64,000 bases of DNA from Bradymonadia bacterium (GCA_046290225.1 JBKAGE010000038.1:1-64000); one strand, 5' to 3'. Counted from the first letter of the stretch, positions 42,276 through 54,244 are shown. Notes: generated by a model not told the origin, from the sequence alone. A program made the numbers and translations.

Positions 42276-43082
42276 GTGTTGAATGGATATCAGGGCCTCG
42301 CGTGCCCCGTCTGTGGGAGTGCCATCGAGGCCGCCGAGACGCCTGGGGCACACTGCACCGGCTGTGGGCGCTTTGCGCCGAGCGAAGATGGCTGTCTCGA
42401 CATGATGAGCGGTGTCTCGCTGCCGCCTTCGGGCATCGGACCCCAGCTCATGCACGTGCCCCCAGTGGCCCATATCTACGAGAAGTACTGGCGGCCGGCC
42501 TTCGTCACCGCCACCGCCCGTGGCCGCATCAGCTTCGAGCAGGAGCTCGTGCTCGTGGAGCGGTTCCTCCACCTCGCCGAGGGGGGTGACGTCCTCGATC
42601 TGAGCTGCGGCCCGGGTTTGTTCGGTCGCCGCCTCGCCCGCAGCAAACGCTTCGAGACGGTGTACGCCCTCGACCGCTCACGGGTGATGTTGGAGAAATG
42701 TCGGCAGCACTGCGCCGACGAGGGCATCGACACACTCAATCTGATCTGGGGCGACGCCCAGCGGCTGCCCTTTAAAGACAAGAGCCTCGCTGGGGTGCAC
42801 GCAGGCTTCGCGATCCACCTCTGGGAAGATCCTCAGGCCATCCTCGACGAGTGCGTACGGGTGCTGGCCCCTGGGGGCGTCTTCGTGGCGAGCACCATGT
42901 TGCGCCCCATGGGAGGCAAGGTGGGCGAGACCGTGAGCAAGATCAGCCGCGATCTGGCCCGCGTCTCGCTGTTCACCGAGACCGAGCTGCGCTCGATGTG
43001 CCACCGGGCCGACCTCCGACGCTTCTACGCCGTCACCCGTGGAGGCTTCATCGTCTTCAGGGCCGAGAGCGGCATCGCCTGA
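42276..43082 (+). CDS. SAM-dependent methyltransferase with N-terminal zinc ribbon
   Basis: LACPVC...CTGC, VLDLSCGPG, GDAQRLPF, RVLAPGG. Confidence 0.9.
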   Translation: MLNGYQGLACPVCGSAIEAAETPGAHCTGCGRFAPSEDGCLDMMSGVSLPPSGIGPQLMHVPPVAHIYEKYWRPAFVTATARGRISFEQELVLVERFLHLAEGGDVLDLSCGPGLFGRRLARSKRFETVYALDRSRVMLEKCRQHCADEGIDTLNLIWGDAQRLPFKDKSLAGVHAGFAIHLWEDPQAILDECVRVLAPGGVFVASTMLRPMGGKVGETVSKISRDLARVSLFTETELRSMCHRADLRRFYAVTRGGFIVFRAESGIA

Positions 43083-43103
43083 AGACAGCGAATGTCTGGC
43101 GTC

Positions 43104-44183
43104 TCAGGCGCTCACAGTACCCTGTGAAGTACTGGCCTTGGTGTCGTCGATCCACGGCGCCGCCTCTCGCACCAGCTGCACCACAGCGTCGGCCCAGGCA
43201 GGATGGGCGTTGAGCGAGGGGATCAACCGCAGCGACTCACCGCCCGCAGCCTTGAAGTCTTCCTCGGCCCGCATGCCGATCTCCTCGATGGTCTCGAGGC
43301 AATCAGCGACAAAGGCCGGACAGAACACCGCCACGCTCTTGATGCCCCGTTTGGGCAGAGACTCCACCAGCTCGTCGGTGTAGGGCTGGATCCACGGCGT
43401 CCGCCCGAGGCGGGACTGGAAGCATACAGTCCAGTCGCCCTCGGCGAGATCCAGACGCGCAGCCAGCGCCCGGGCGGTGGCGAAGCACTGAGCCCGGTAG
43501 CAGTTGCGGTTGGCGGCGTTGAGCGTGGCACAGCAGTTCGGCGCCTTGAGGCAGTGCGAGCCGCTTTCATCACTCTTGTGCATGTGACGCTCTGGCAGCC
43601 CGTGGAAGCTGAAGAGCACGTGATCAGGCTTCATCTCTTCGAGGTGGGGGCGGCCCACCTGAGCGAAAGCGTCGATGAAGGCCGGATGATCGAAGAACGG
43701 CGGCACCGCGGTGATGTAGGGCGTGTTCCAACGAGTGGCAGCCTCGCGATACACCTTCTCCAGAGAGGAGCCTGTGCTGCTCGAGGCGTACTGAGGGTAG
43801 AGCGGGATCACCACCAGGCGATCGCAGCCCCGACCCTTGAGCGCCTCGAGACCCGCGGCGATGCTGGGGTTGCCATAGCGCATGGCCAGCTCTACCGGGC
43901 AGTCCCGCAGCCGGTTTTGCACCTCGGTGGTGAGCTTCTGACTCTCCACGAGGAGCGGGCTCCCTGCCTGACCCCAAATCTTCTCGTACGCCTCGGCGGA
44001 CTTCCGCGGCCTCAAGGGCAGGATGATGGCGTTGAGGAGCATGAACCGCCCGACACTGTTGATGTCGAGCACACGAGGATCATTGAGGAACTCCCGCAAA
44101 TAGCGGCGAACCTCTCGGGGGCGGGGGGCATCTGGGGTGCCCAGGTTGACCAGCAGGATACCGGTGGTCGGCGTGGTGGTCAT
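43104..44183 (-). CDS. hemH: Ferrochelatase
   Basis: LLVNLGTP, AMRYGNP, PLYPQY, FSFHGLP, FQSRLG, FVADCLETIEE. Confidence 0.96.
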   Translation of the reverse strand: MTTTPTTGILLVNLGTPDAPRPREVRRYLREFLNDPRVLDINSVGRFMLLNAIILPLRPRKSAEAYEKIWGQAGSPLLVESQKLTTEVQNRLRDCPVELAMRYGNPSIAAGLEALKGRGCDRLVVIPLYPQYASSSTGSSLEKVYREAATRWNTPYITAVPPFFDHPAFIDAFAQVGRPHLEEMKPDHVLFSFHGLPERHMHKSDESGSHCLKAPNCCATLNAANRNCYRAQCFATARALAARLDLAEGDWTVCFQSRLGRTPWIQPYTDELVESLPKRGIKSVAVFCPAFVADCLETIEEIGMRAEEDFKAAGGESLRLIPSLNAHPAWADAVVQLVREAAPWIDDTKASTSQGTVSA

Positions 44184-44293
44184 GATGCGTGCCTTGGCGC
44201 TGATGGGTGATGTGACAACGATGCAGAGCACCCCCGACGGTTGCGTGGTTGATCACGCACGACGCCCCGAGGGCTCAACGGGGAGGCACCCTC

Positions 44294-46354
44294 TCACGCA
44301 CCTGAGTCAGCGTCCAGCACCCCGTGCAGAAATGCGTACACCTCCACCTGCTCGCGGACAGTGTCGCTCCGGGACTTCCCGGCACCGTGGCCCACCGCTC
44401 GGCGGAACCGCATCAGGATGGGGGCCTCCGCGGCCTGGGCCTCTTGCAGCGCGGCGACAAATTTCGCCGTGTGGGCCCAGTGTACCCGGGTGTCCTGCTC
44501 GGCGGTGGTGCACATCACCGCGGGGTAGCGAACCCCGCTCACCACTTGATGGTAGGGCGAATAGGCCCAGATGTACCCCGCCTGCTCGGGATCGTCGGCG
44601 CAGCCGTACTCGTCGACCCACAGAGCCCCCGGGGGGAAGGTGTGGAACCGCACCATGTCATACAAGCCTACCTGACCTACAGCGCCAGCGAAGAGGTGTG
44701 GAGCCCGGGTGATGAGGGCGCCGACGAGCAGGCCGCCGTTGCTGCCTCCCATGATGGCCAGCCTGTCCGGGCGGGAGTATCCCTCGCGGTGCAGCGCCCG
44801 CATGGCGAACTCGAAGTCCTCGAAGACCTGGAACTTGTTGGCCTTCATCCCCCCCTGATGCCAGGCCTCGCCACGCTCTCCGCCGCCTCTCAGGTGGGCC
44901 ACGGCGTATACACCGCCCTGCTCCAACCAGTAGATGACGTTGCGAGAAAACGATGGGGTGAGGCTCATGTTGAAGCCGCCATACCCGTACAGGATGGTGG
45001 GGTGGGTGCCGTCGAGGTCGATGCCCTTACGGTGGATCACCCGCATGGGCACGCGGGTGCCGTCGTAGCTCGTGAAGGGCAGCTCAGTCACCGTGAAGGC
45101 TGATGTGTCGACATCGCTCTCCACCGCCCGGTGTGTCGTGAGCACGCCATCAGCGCCGAGGTGCATGAGGGCTGGCGGCACGAAGTAGGACTGGAACATC
45201 AACCAGGCCGAGTCACGGCTCGGATGGGCCCAGAGCTCATTGATCGCACCCACAGCAGGCAAGGTGACCTCGCCGAGCAACTTGCCTGAGCGATCCCAAC
45301 GGCGCAGGCGGCTCAGCGCATCCTCGGCATGCACCGACACGATGCCCCAGCGTGTCAGCGACGCCGCCTTGAGCGGTGCCTCGCTCTCAGGCAACACCAC
45401 CTTCCAATCCGCCCGTTCCGGGTGCTGGGGATCAATGGACACGAGGGTGCCATTACAGGCCCCATAGGTGCTCACCACGAAGATCCGACCGTCCACCACC
45501 TGCAGGCCGCTGAAAGTCCCCTCCCCATCTGGGTCCACCGAGCGCCAGGTGTCCGACGACAGGTCGAGGATCTCCAAAGTGGCCTTCTGCCAGTTGACGA
45601 AGCGCACCACCACCAGCACCGAGCCGTCCTCGCTCAGCACCGCACCAGGCCAGTCGGTCCGGGCAGGCAGCTGTGTCTTCCCGGCGATGAGCGGATCATC
45701 CGCAGGATCAGCCCCGAGCGTGTGGTGATACACCGCTCGATCGTAGGCCTCTTCGTTGGGGAACCGTGTGTAATAGAACCCCGTGTTGTCGGGGGTCCAG
45801 GCCAGGGAGGCCGCCCGGGTGAAGGGGATCTCGTCTGGCAGGTGAGCTCCGGTGTCGATGTCGAGCACCCTGAGCGTGCTGATCTCGTTGCCTTCTCGCG
45901 ATGTGCCGTAGGCCAGCAAACGACCATCACGTGAGGGGAAGTACCAGTCGAGGGCAGTGCGGCCGTCGAGAGAGAGCACATTGGGATCAACGATGGCCTG
46001 GGGCGCCTCACCGGCACGCTCCACATAGAGGACAGGTTGCTCCTGATCGCCAGAGCGCATGGCGAAGAAGAGCCTGCGGGCGTCTCCCTCACCTGTGGCG
46101 CTCACCCCGCCAAGCGTGCCGATGGCCATGAGCTCTTCGAGGCGGACCGCCATGCCCGAGCGCGGGTGCGCCTCGAGCCATTGATCCGTCAGATGATTTT
46201 GGTGGTCGATCCAGGGGCCTGCAGCCTCGAGAGACTCGAGGGGGCGGAAGGGGTCAGCGATTTGCAGTGGCCCGCGGGACTCGACGTGCTCACCACGGGG
46301 GGGGTGAATGGGGGCCATCGACAGCCTCTCGATTGATGTGGCCTCCAGCATCAT
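44294..46354 (-). CDS. Prolyl oligopeptidase (S9A)
   Basis: LYGYGGFN, LRGGGE.G..WH, GGSNGGLL, D-TRV, VGHG. No signal peptide. Start could be 46318. Confidence 0.94.
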   Translation of the reverse strand: MMLEATSIERLSMAPIHPPRGEHVESRGPLQIADPFRPLESLEAAGPWIDHQNHLTDQWLEAHPRSGMAVRLEELMAIGTLGGVSATGEGDARRLFFAMRSGDQEQPVLYVERAGEAPQAIVDPNVLSLDGRTALDWYFPSRDGRLLAYGTSREGNEISTLRVLDIDTGAHLPDEIPFTRAASLAWTPDNTGFYYTRFPNEEAYDRAVYHHTLGADPADDPLIAGKTQLPARTDWPGAVLSEDGSVLVVVRFVNWQKATLEILDLSSDTWRSVDPDGEGTFSGLQVVDGRIFVVSTYGACNGTLVSIDPQHPERADWKVVLPESEAPLKAASLTRWGIVSVHAEDALSRLRRWDRSGKLLGEVTLPAVGAINELWAHPSRDSAWLMFQSYFVPPALMHLGADGVLTTHRAVESDVDTSAFTVTELPFTSYDGTRVPMRVIHRKGIDLDGTHPTILYGYGGFNMSLTPSFSRNVIYWLEQGGVYAVAHLRGGGERGEAWHQGGMKANKFQVFEDFEFAMRALHREGYSRPDRLAIMGGSNGGLLVGALITRAPHLFAGAVGQVGLYDMVRFHTFPPGALWVDEYGCADDPEQAGYIWAYSPYHQVVSGVRYPAVMCTTAEQDTRVHWAHTAKFVAALQEAQAAEAPILMRFRRAVGHGAGKSRSDTVREQVEVYAFLHGVLDADSGA

Positions 46355-46418
46355 GGTGGGCGCGGGGCAGGGTCAAGATCGTCCACGATGTCTCACAGCA
46401 GGCACTCTGAGACATCTT

Positions 46419-47687
46419 TCAAATCGATAATGCCAGGACTGTACCCAGAGCGATCCCCACCGCGAGGAGCGGCCACTTCATCCGCTCCACCCACCCGCTC
46501 CCGGCGGACCAGGGCTCCGGCGTGTGCTCTCGATGAATCTCCACATCGGCCTGCGCTGGCGCTTCCTCCGACTCAGGCTCTGCTTGAGCGTGGCCGTCAT
46601 CGGCGAGCGAGACCTGGAGTTCCCCCTGGCCCCATGGCACCTCGCGATACGGAGGCAGCACCACAGGAGGCGTCTCATCCAGCGGCCCGAGTGCGCCGCT
46701 CTCCCTAATGCTCGCCTCAGCGGCGGCTTCGTGGGCCGCCTGCAGCTCGTTCATGCTGTCGACGGGCACCGGCGTGGGGCTGTGAATCGCCTCCTTCAGG
46801 GCCTGGGCGAAGACGCCGGCGTGCACGAAGCGCGCCCCAGGCGACTTGGCCAGGGCCTGGATCAGCACCGCATCCACAGCGCCGGGCCACTCGTCGTCGG
46901 GGGCCATGTCCTGAGGGTGGGGCGGGTTGGCGTGATGATGCAGCCACTGCAGGCGGGCCACCGGGTCGAGGCCTGCCTCCTCGGCGCGCTCGTCTCGAGG
47001 CTCGAACGGGTAGCGGCCGGTCCGCAGACGCCATGCGAGGACGGCGAGGGCATAGACATCGGCAGCAGGCCCTGGGGGCTGTCCCATGAAACGCTCGGGG
47101 GCGAGATAGGGCGACGCCGCTGACACAGGCGGCGGGCGAAAGGCTGCGGTGATGCCCCCATCGATGATCTTCACCACCTCGAGATCAGCGCCGGACCACA
47201 ACACGTGTTGGATACGGATGTCTCCGTGGCACAGCCCGCGCTCGTGCAGAGCACCTACAGCTTCGGCCACGCGGATGATGAGAGGCAGCGCCACCCCTGC
47301 AGGCAACCGCACGCCACCTTGCACCGCTTTGCCCAGGCTGGTGAAGGGCAGCCACTCAGTGATGAGATAGGGCGTCTCGTCCATGAGCCGGCCGTGGGAG
47401 TAGGACCGCTCGAGATCGGGACAGTCCAGGGTGCGCACCACCTCGACGTGGGTGGCCAGCCGCTCCATGGCCTCGGGCTCTCGGGCCTCGGGCAGGGTGA
47501 ACACCTTCAACGCTCTGCGGGTGGTCCCCACCCCAGGTGGCTCCACCTCGTAGGTCACCGTTCGCGGCCCTGCGTGGATCGTACGCAGCACCCGATAACG
47601 CCCGTCGATCACATGCCCTTCGAGGCGGTGTAGATCACAGGGGGACGACAGGGCCTGATGCCCCTCGCTCGCGAGTCCATATCTCAT
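46419..47687 (-). CDS. Degenerate Ser/Thr kinase (probable pseudokinase) with C-terminal membrane anchor
   Basis: Kinase scaffold (ALKVF, YLAPE, ADVYALA) but HGDIRIQH replaces HRDxKPxN, DGG replaces DFG, and there is no Gly loop. Start uncertain. Confidence 0.8.
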   Translation of the reverse strand: MRYGLASEGHQALSSPCDLHRLEGHVIDGRYRVLRTIHAGPRTVTYEVEPPGVGTTRRALKVFTLPEAREPEAMERLATHVEVVRTLDCPDLERSYSHGRLMDETPYLITEWLPFTSLGKAVQGGVRLPAGVALPLIIRVAEAVGALHERGLCHGDIRIQHVLWSGADLEVVKIIDGGITAAFRPPPVSAASPYLAPERFMGQPPGPAADVYALAVLAWRLRTGRYPFEPRDERAEEAGLDPVARLQWLHHHANPPHPQDMAPDDEWPGAVDAVLIQALAKSPGARFVHAGVFAQALKEAIHSPTPVPVDSMNELQAAHEAAAEASIRESGALGPLDETPPVVLPPYREVPWGQGELQVSLADDGHAQAEPESEEAPAQADVEIHREHTPEPWSAGSGWVERMKWPLLAVGIALGTVLALSI

Positions 47688-47799
47688 AGTCGGTCGCCTC
47701 AGACCCCACACCTGCTCGGCGGGGGGTTCTCCAACATCGGCTCCGACATCGGCACCTGGAGATCAGAACTGGAGCTTCGGCAGGGAATGACCCAGAGGC

Positions 47800-49614
47800 T
47801 CAGCGCACAGCGAGGGAGATCGAGGTGAACCGCTGCCCTTCACCGAGGGCCCTGAGCTGATCCATCAACAGCGCCAGGGCTGCGAGGCTCATGTCGCCGC
47901 CGCATCGAATCACCACCGACTCTCGCGCGCCTTGTGGGCCCAGCCCCTTCAGCGCCCTGGACAACGCCTTCACGCTGAGCGTGCCCTGTGGGCTGATCTC
48001 GATACGATCAGTGCTCCGGGCCAGTGTGTCCCCTTTGGTGCCCTGCACAGTGAGGGTGGCCTGACGTTGACCGATGTAGACCACGACAGCCCCTTCGGGC
48101 GGCATCGCGGCACGATCGCTGCTCAGCGCATAGGGCAGGCCCTTGAGGGTGCCTGCCTGACGGGCCACCAGCATCAGCCCCTCAAAGCCCGCCCTGAGCA
48201 AAGATGTGCTCACCAGTGCCAGGGCCTGAGCGTCGAGGCTCTGATCGAGGGCCACGAGGGCCATGCCGCCACCCTGCCCTGCCCCTTTCATCGCAGCGTC
48301 GAGGTTGCGCAGCCACGATGACTTGCCATCAGTGGTGAGGGCGCCTGCCAGAGACTTCTTCGATGCAGCCGGCAAGCCAGGTACGGCACCTGCTGTCGTG
48401 GTGAGCCCTTCAGTGCCACCGATGACGAAGGGGCGCTCCATCACCCCTTCACCGCGACTGATCATGGGCAGGCTCACTTCTAGACGACCGACCTCCTCTT
48501 CGAAGGACTTCGGCCATGTCGCCACCGGCGCTGCAGCATCGGGCGGATCGGCCGGCTCGGGATCATCACCGCTCAGGACCATGATCGCCACGCCAGCACC
48601 TGCCCCCAGAACAGAGAGGCCCACGACCCACGGCAACCACTTCCGCCCTGCGCCCTTCGGCTGGCGCCGTGCTGCCCGCTGGGGTCGCCTCTGTGGCTTC
48701 GTCTCGATCGGAGGTGCAGGCTCCGGGGGTGCCTCCGCCGGGATCTGCCCCCCGAGCGCCAGGGGCTCAGTGGGCGACACCGGCGGCTCTCCTTCGAGCT
48801 CCGGCACCATGGCATCCATCATCCGGGTAGAAGTGACACCGCCAGCCCTCGGTGCCGCAGGGGCCTCTGGCGCAGGGGCTTCTGGGGACTGGGGCCTTGA
48901 GGCTGGTGGCTCGAAAGAAGGGGCAGCGAGATCTTCGTCGGAGACCGCCGCCATGACCCGGGTCTGGCGTGGGCTCGTCGCCGAGTCTGGTGCCGGTGTC
49001 GGCGCTTCGTCTCCAGGCATCACCAGGGGACCGCGTTCGAAGGGGTTCTTCTTTTTCCTGGGCGTCGGCGCAGGCGGATCCAAGGTGATGGGGGTCTCGT
49101 CGAGGGGCAACAGCTCGGGCGCCTCTGTGAGGTGTGGCGTCTCCAGAGCTGGCGGCTCCACCGGCGCTGGGGCCCTCGGCAGAGGATTCTGCGGTAGAGG
49201 AGTCTGCAGCTGGGGACTCTGCAGCTGGGGGCTCTGGGGGATGGGGGCCGGCACCGCCGGCATCGGCACCCGTGGTGTAGAGGGCGGGGCATCAAAGCCA
49301 TGTGCTCCCTGCTCCAAGGCAGCACGGCGGCGGGCGCTCTCACCGAGACCCTCGATGGCTGCTGACGCCAGGATCCCCGATGACTCCTGCCCCGGGTGTC
49401 GATGCAGCTCGTCGAGCGGCGCGAGATCGATGGGTGACAAGGCCATCGTGCGGGCCTCGGGCGCCACCTCTGCACTCAGAGTTTCGAGCTCGTCAGCGTC
49501 GGGCTCGTAGGGCTCCAACGGACGACGACACTGCGGACACGGCACCTCGTTGCCGTCCGCCGGCATCTGCAGTTCGAACAGCTGCTCGCAGTGAAAGCAG
49601 GCTTGGTAGGCCAC
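47800..49614 (-). CDS. Zinc-ribbon / Pro-rich linker / TM / tandem ExbD-TolR-like domain protein
   Basis: CFHC...CPQC, a long Pro-rich region, TM WLPWVVGLSVLGAGAGVAIMVL, then ALVALDQSL...RAGF and VVIRCGGDMS...LMDQLR...FTSISL. Confidence 0.72.
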   Translation of the reverse strand: MAYQACFHCEQLFELQMPADGNEVPCPQCRRPLEPYEPDADELETLSAEVAPEARTMALSPIDLAPLDELHRHPGQESSGILASAAIEGLGESARRRAALEQGAHGFDAPPSTPRVPMPAVPAPIPQSPQLQSPQLQTPLPQNPLPRAPAPVEPPALETPHLTEAPELLPLDETPITLDPPAPTPRKKKNPFERGPLVMPGDEAPTPAPDSATSPRQTRVMAAVSDEDLAAPSFEPPASRPQSPEAPAPEAPAAPRAGGVTSTRMMDAMVPELEGEPPVSPTEPLALGGQIPAEAPPEPAPPIETKPQRRPQRAARRQPKGAGRKWLPWVVGLSVLGAGAGVAIMVLSGDDPEPADPPDAAAPVATWPKSFEEEVGRLEVSLPMISRGEGVMERPFVIGGTEGLTTTAGAVPGLPAASKKSLAGALTTDGKSSWLRNLDAAMKGAGQGGGMALVALDQSLDAQALALVSTSLLRAGFEGLMLVARQAGTLKGLPYALSSDRAAMPPEGAVVVYIGQRQATLTVQGTKGDTLARSTDRIEISPQGTLSVKALSRALKGLGPQGARESVVIRCGGDMSLAALALLMDQLRALGEGQRFTSISLAVR

Positions 49615-49788
49615 GACAATCAGCCCTGTGTGAAGCTTGGAGCGGAGGCCGCCGCAGTGCTGACAGCCTCAACTCTCCTCTTAACATAGCCGATAGGCGG
49701 GACCAAACCGCCGCAACATCGCAGGGGCTTTGGCAGATGCTTTTGCAAGGTTGCAGTGAACCTTCCTCGGACTTAGGGTGCACGCCAT

Positions 49789-50745
49789 ATGGGACACTTT
49801 TTCGCCTTCCTCAACAGGCTCCCCTTCAACCTGCGCGTCAGTCGGGGCACCAGCATCCTTGTCGGTGTGATGGTTACATGTAGCCTTCTCGCCGCTTGGG
49901 GGATGTTTACTCACTGGCTCATACTCTCCCAACATACAATTCCCCGCCTGGAGCTGACTGCCCTACTCACAAACACTTTCGTTGAGGGTGGTGGCCCCCT
50001 GAGATACATTTTCGTCCTGGCCATCGGAGGATTTTTCCTTCAAGACAAGCTGAGGTGGATGTGGCAGAGGCAACGCAATGACCTGATTACTTTTGGCTCG
50101 CTCCTGCTCATTGTCCCCCTAGCCATCAGCTTGCTGTTCGATCCGATTTGGGGCCTCGCATCCTCAGTAGTGCTGTTTATGTGGTTCATCCCACACCTCG
50201 AATCTCGTTGGGGGCTCAGGAAGTTTCTGACCTTTATCACCATCATCACAGTGACGACGAATCTGGTCGGTGCAATTCTCCTTTGGCTGTGGCCAATTGA
50301 GTTTCCCCCCGTCTCTGGAGGCTTCCTGACAGTCGTCGAAGTCACGCCGACATCCTTTGGAGCGATGGAAGCCCTCCTCGGCTCAAGTCATGTGTTCCCT
50401 ACGGGCAGTCAGCCCCTCATCAACGCCATGCTCACGGTGTGGGCGCTGTCTCTGGGACGTGGGGGCAAGCTGGCCATCCTGAACATCGAGCCCTACAAGC
50501 TCGTGTACGTCATCGCAGCCCTCGCGGGGCTGGAGGCGATCTTCAGTGGCTTCGCCAGCGGGATGATGTCCCTTGCAGCCATCGGCGTGGCCTGGATGCT
50601 GGTGCGGGGTGTCTACAACCCCAAACTCATCATCGATCGCATCAGGCTGTTCTTCATCGAGCGACGCCTCGAGAAACGCCGGCAGGGCTTCAAGGTGGTT
50701 CAAGGGGGCAAAGATGGTGGCCCCAAGGGCCCCACACTTCACTGA
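49789..50745 (+). CDS. Rhomboid-like membrane protein (probably catalytically inactive)
   Basis: LLTNTF and LESRWGLRKFLTF motifs, multiple TMs, C-terminal FKVVQGG...TLH. No GxSG Ser and no His in the last TM. Confidence 0.72.
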   Translation: MGHFFAFLNRLPFNLRVSRGTSILVGVMVTCSLLAAWGMFTHWLILSQHTIPRLELTALLTNTFVEGGGPLRYIFVLAIGGFFLQDKLRWMWQRQRNDLITFGSLLLIVPLAISLLFDPIWGLASSVVLFMWFIPHLESRWGLRKFLTFITIITVTTNLVGAILLWLWPIEFPPVSGGFLTVVEVTPTSFGAMEALLGSSHVFPTGSQPLINAMLTVWALSLGRGGKLAILNIEPYKLVYVIAALAGLEAIFSGFASGMMSLAAIGVAWMLVRGVYNPKLIIDRIRLFFIERRLEKRRQGFKVVQGGKDGGPKGPTLH

Positions 50746-50762
50746 CGCATTCGGATCCTCTC

Positions 50763-50978
50763 ATGCCCAAGACCCGCCGCTGCCGTATTTGCGGTGGCCC
50801 AGTGCCCCCCAAGACCCCACCTGAAAACAACACTTACTGGCCCCTGTGCAGCGAGCGCTGCCACATGGTCGATCTCGACCACTGGCTCACCGGTGACTAC
50901 GTGATATCCAGGCCACTGCTGCCTGGCGCAGCAACAGCGCCAGGTGCAGGGAACCAGGAGGATTCGGAAGAGCCGTGA
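50763..50978 (+). CDS. yacG: DNA gyrase inhibitor YacG
   Basis: CRIC...PLCSERC..VDL..W..GDY.I. Start ATG 50763. Confidence 0.88.
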   Translation: MPKTRRCRICGGPVPPKTPPENNTYWPLCSERCHMVDLDHWLTGDYVISRPLLPGAATAPGAGNQEDSEEP

Positions 50979-51096
50979 GGGCCTGCGGCCTCGGCACCAC
51001 ACAGCTTGTGTGATGACTTTCTCTCCCGCTGTTGCCGGGTGTGGTATCTTCCCCCACGCTCAGCAACGTGTCACTGGTGGAACCTGACTCTCGGTC

Positions 51097-53202
<2,106 letters not shown>

Positions 53203-53209
53203 AGGCCAG

Positions 53210-54244
53210 ATGGCGCGTACAGTTGATCTCAGGGAGGTCGTCGCTCGACGATCTCGCGACATCGCCCAGGCGGCTCAGCGACGCGCGCGCGAGCCCCAAA
53301 CGACCCCCCTCGATCCGCCCACGCCGGAGCCTGCCCCTGAGTGGCTACGCCGCGTGGCCCGCTGGCTGCCTGATCCCGTGCGTACGACGCTCCGGGCAGC
53401 TCTGGCCGATGAGTCGGAGCAGAGGCGCCTCAACAACCTCATCGAGCGACTGGGGCAGGAGAAAGAGACGCTGCGCCGTCGTGCAGCCTCTCTCGACGCC
53501 GCTCAGTCCGATCTGGGCCTCGCCGAGCGCCGCCTGGAAGCCAGTCGTCGAGAGCTCAAAGCACATCAGAAAGAGGCCCTCGCCCGTCAGGCAGAGGCCG
53601 AGCGGGCCCTGGCTCGGGCCCGTCGGGCTGCCGACGCCGCCTCGGTCGAGCGTCGAGTCCCCCTCGACGCCATCCTCTGGAGCCCAGAAGACGCCCCCCG
53701 GCCCATCCGCGCTGTGGGTCGCCTCGCAGCGAACATCCGCCGATTCGGTCAGCTGGCCCCCATCACCGTCTCTGCCGAGTCTGGTGTTGATCCCTTTGCC
53801 GAGGGCGGCAGCTTCACATTGATCACCGGCTACCGCCGTATGGCTGCTCTGGAGCAGCTCAAAGCCACTCATGTGGTGATCCGCGTGGTGCCCGAGATGG
53901 ATCCCGACGTGGGTCGGGCCCTCTACCTCGCAGAGAACTGCCTCGTCGACGGCCTCTCCGCCAACGCCGTGAGCCACCTGGGTGACCGCCTCGCCGATGT
54001 TCTTGAGGGCCCTGAGGCCGAGCGCTGGGCGGCGATCGTCGAACAGGTCCTCGCTGATGACGAGGCTGTGGTTGAAGATGTCTACCTGGAAGATATGGCT
54101 CAGGAAGCCCTGCATCACCTGGCCGAGGGTGCATCCTGGGTGGCAGAGCTGAGGCCGTACTGGGCTGATCTCGACGACGATCGAGCCCCCCTCGAAGCCC
54201 TCATCGAGTACTTCGCCCGGGTCTCCGCTCGGCTGACCTCATGA
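53210..54244 (+). CDS. ParB/Srx-domain protein with N-terminal coiled coil (PadC-like, no HTH)
   Basis: VPLDAI, LAANIRRFGQLAPITV, LITGYRRMAAL, AEN. Coiled coil at about aa 65-140. Acidic helical C-terminus. Confidence 0.8.
   Translation: MARTVDLREVVARRSRDIAQAAQRRAREPQTTPLDPPTPEPAPEWLRRVARWLPDPVRTTLRAALADESEQRRLNNLIERLGQEKETLRRRAASLDAAQSDLGLAERRLEASRRELKAHQKEALARQAEAERALARARRAADAASVERRVPLDAILWSPEDAPRPIRAVGRLAANIRRFGQLAPITVSAESGVDPFAEGGSFTLITGYRRMAALEQLKATHVVIRVVPEMDPDVGRALYLAENCLVDGLSANAVSHLGDRLADVLEGPEAERWAAIVEQVLADDEAVVEDVYLEDMAQEALHHLAEGASWVAELRPYWADLDDDRAPLEALIEYFARVSARLTS

Noticed and set aside
49731..49747. TGGCAGATGCTTTTGCA as a sigma54 promoter
   Set aside because: GG-to-GC spacing is 11 nt rather than the required 10.
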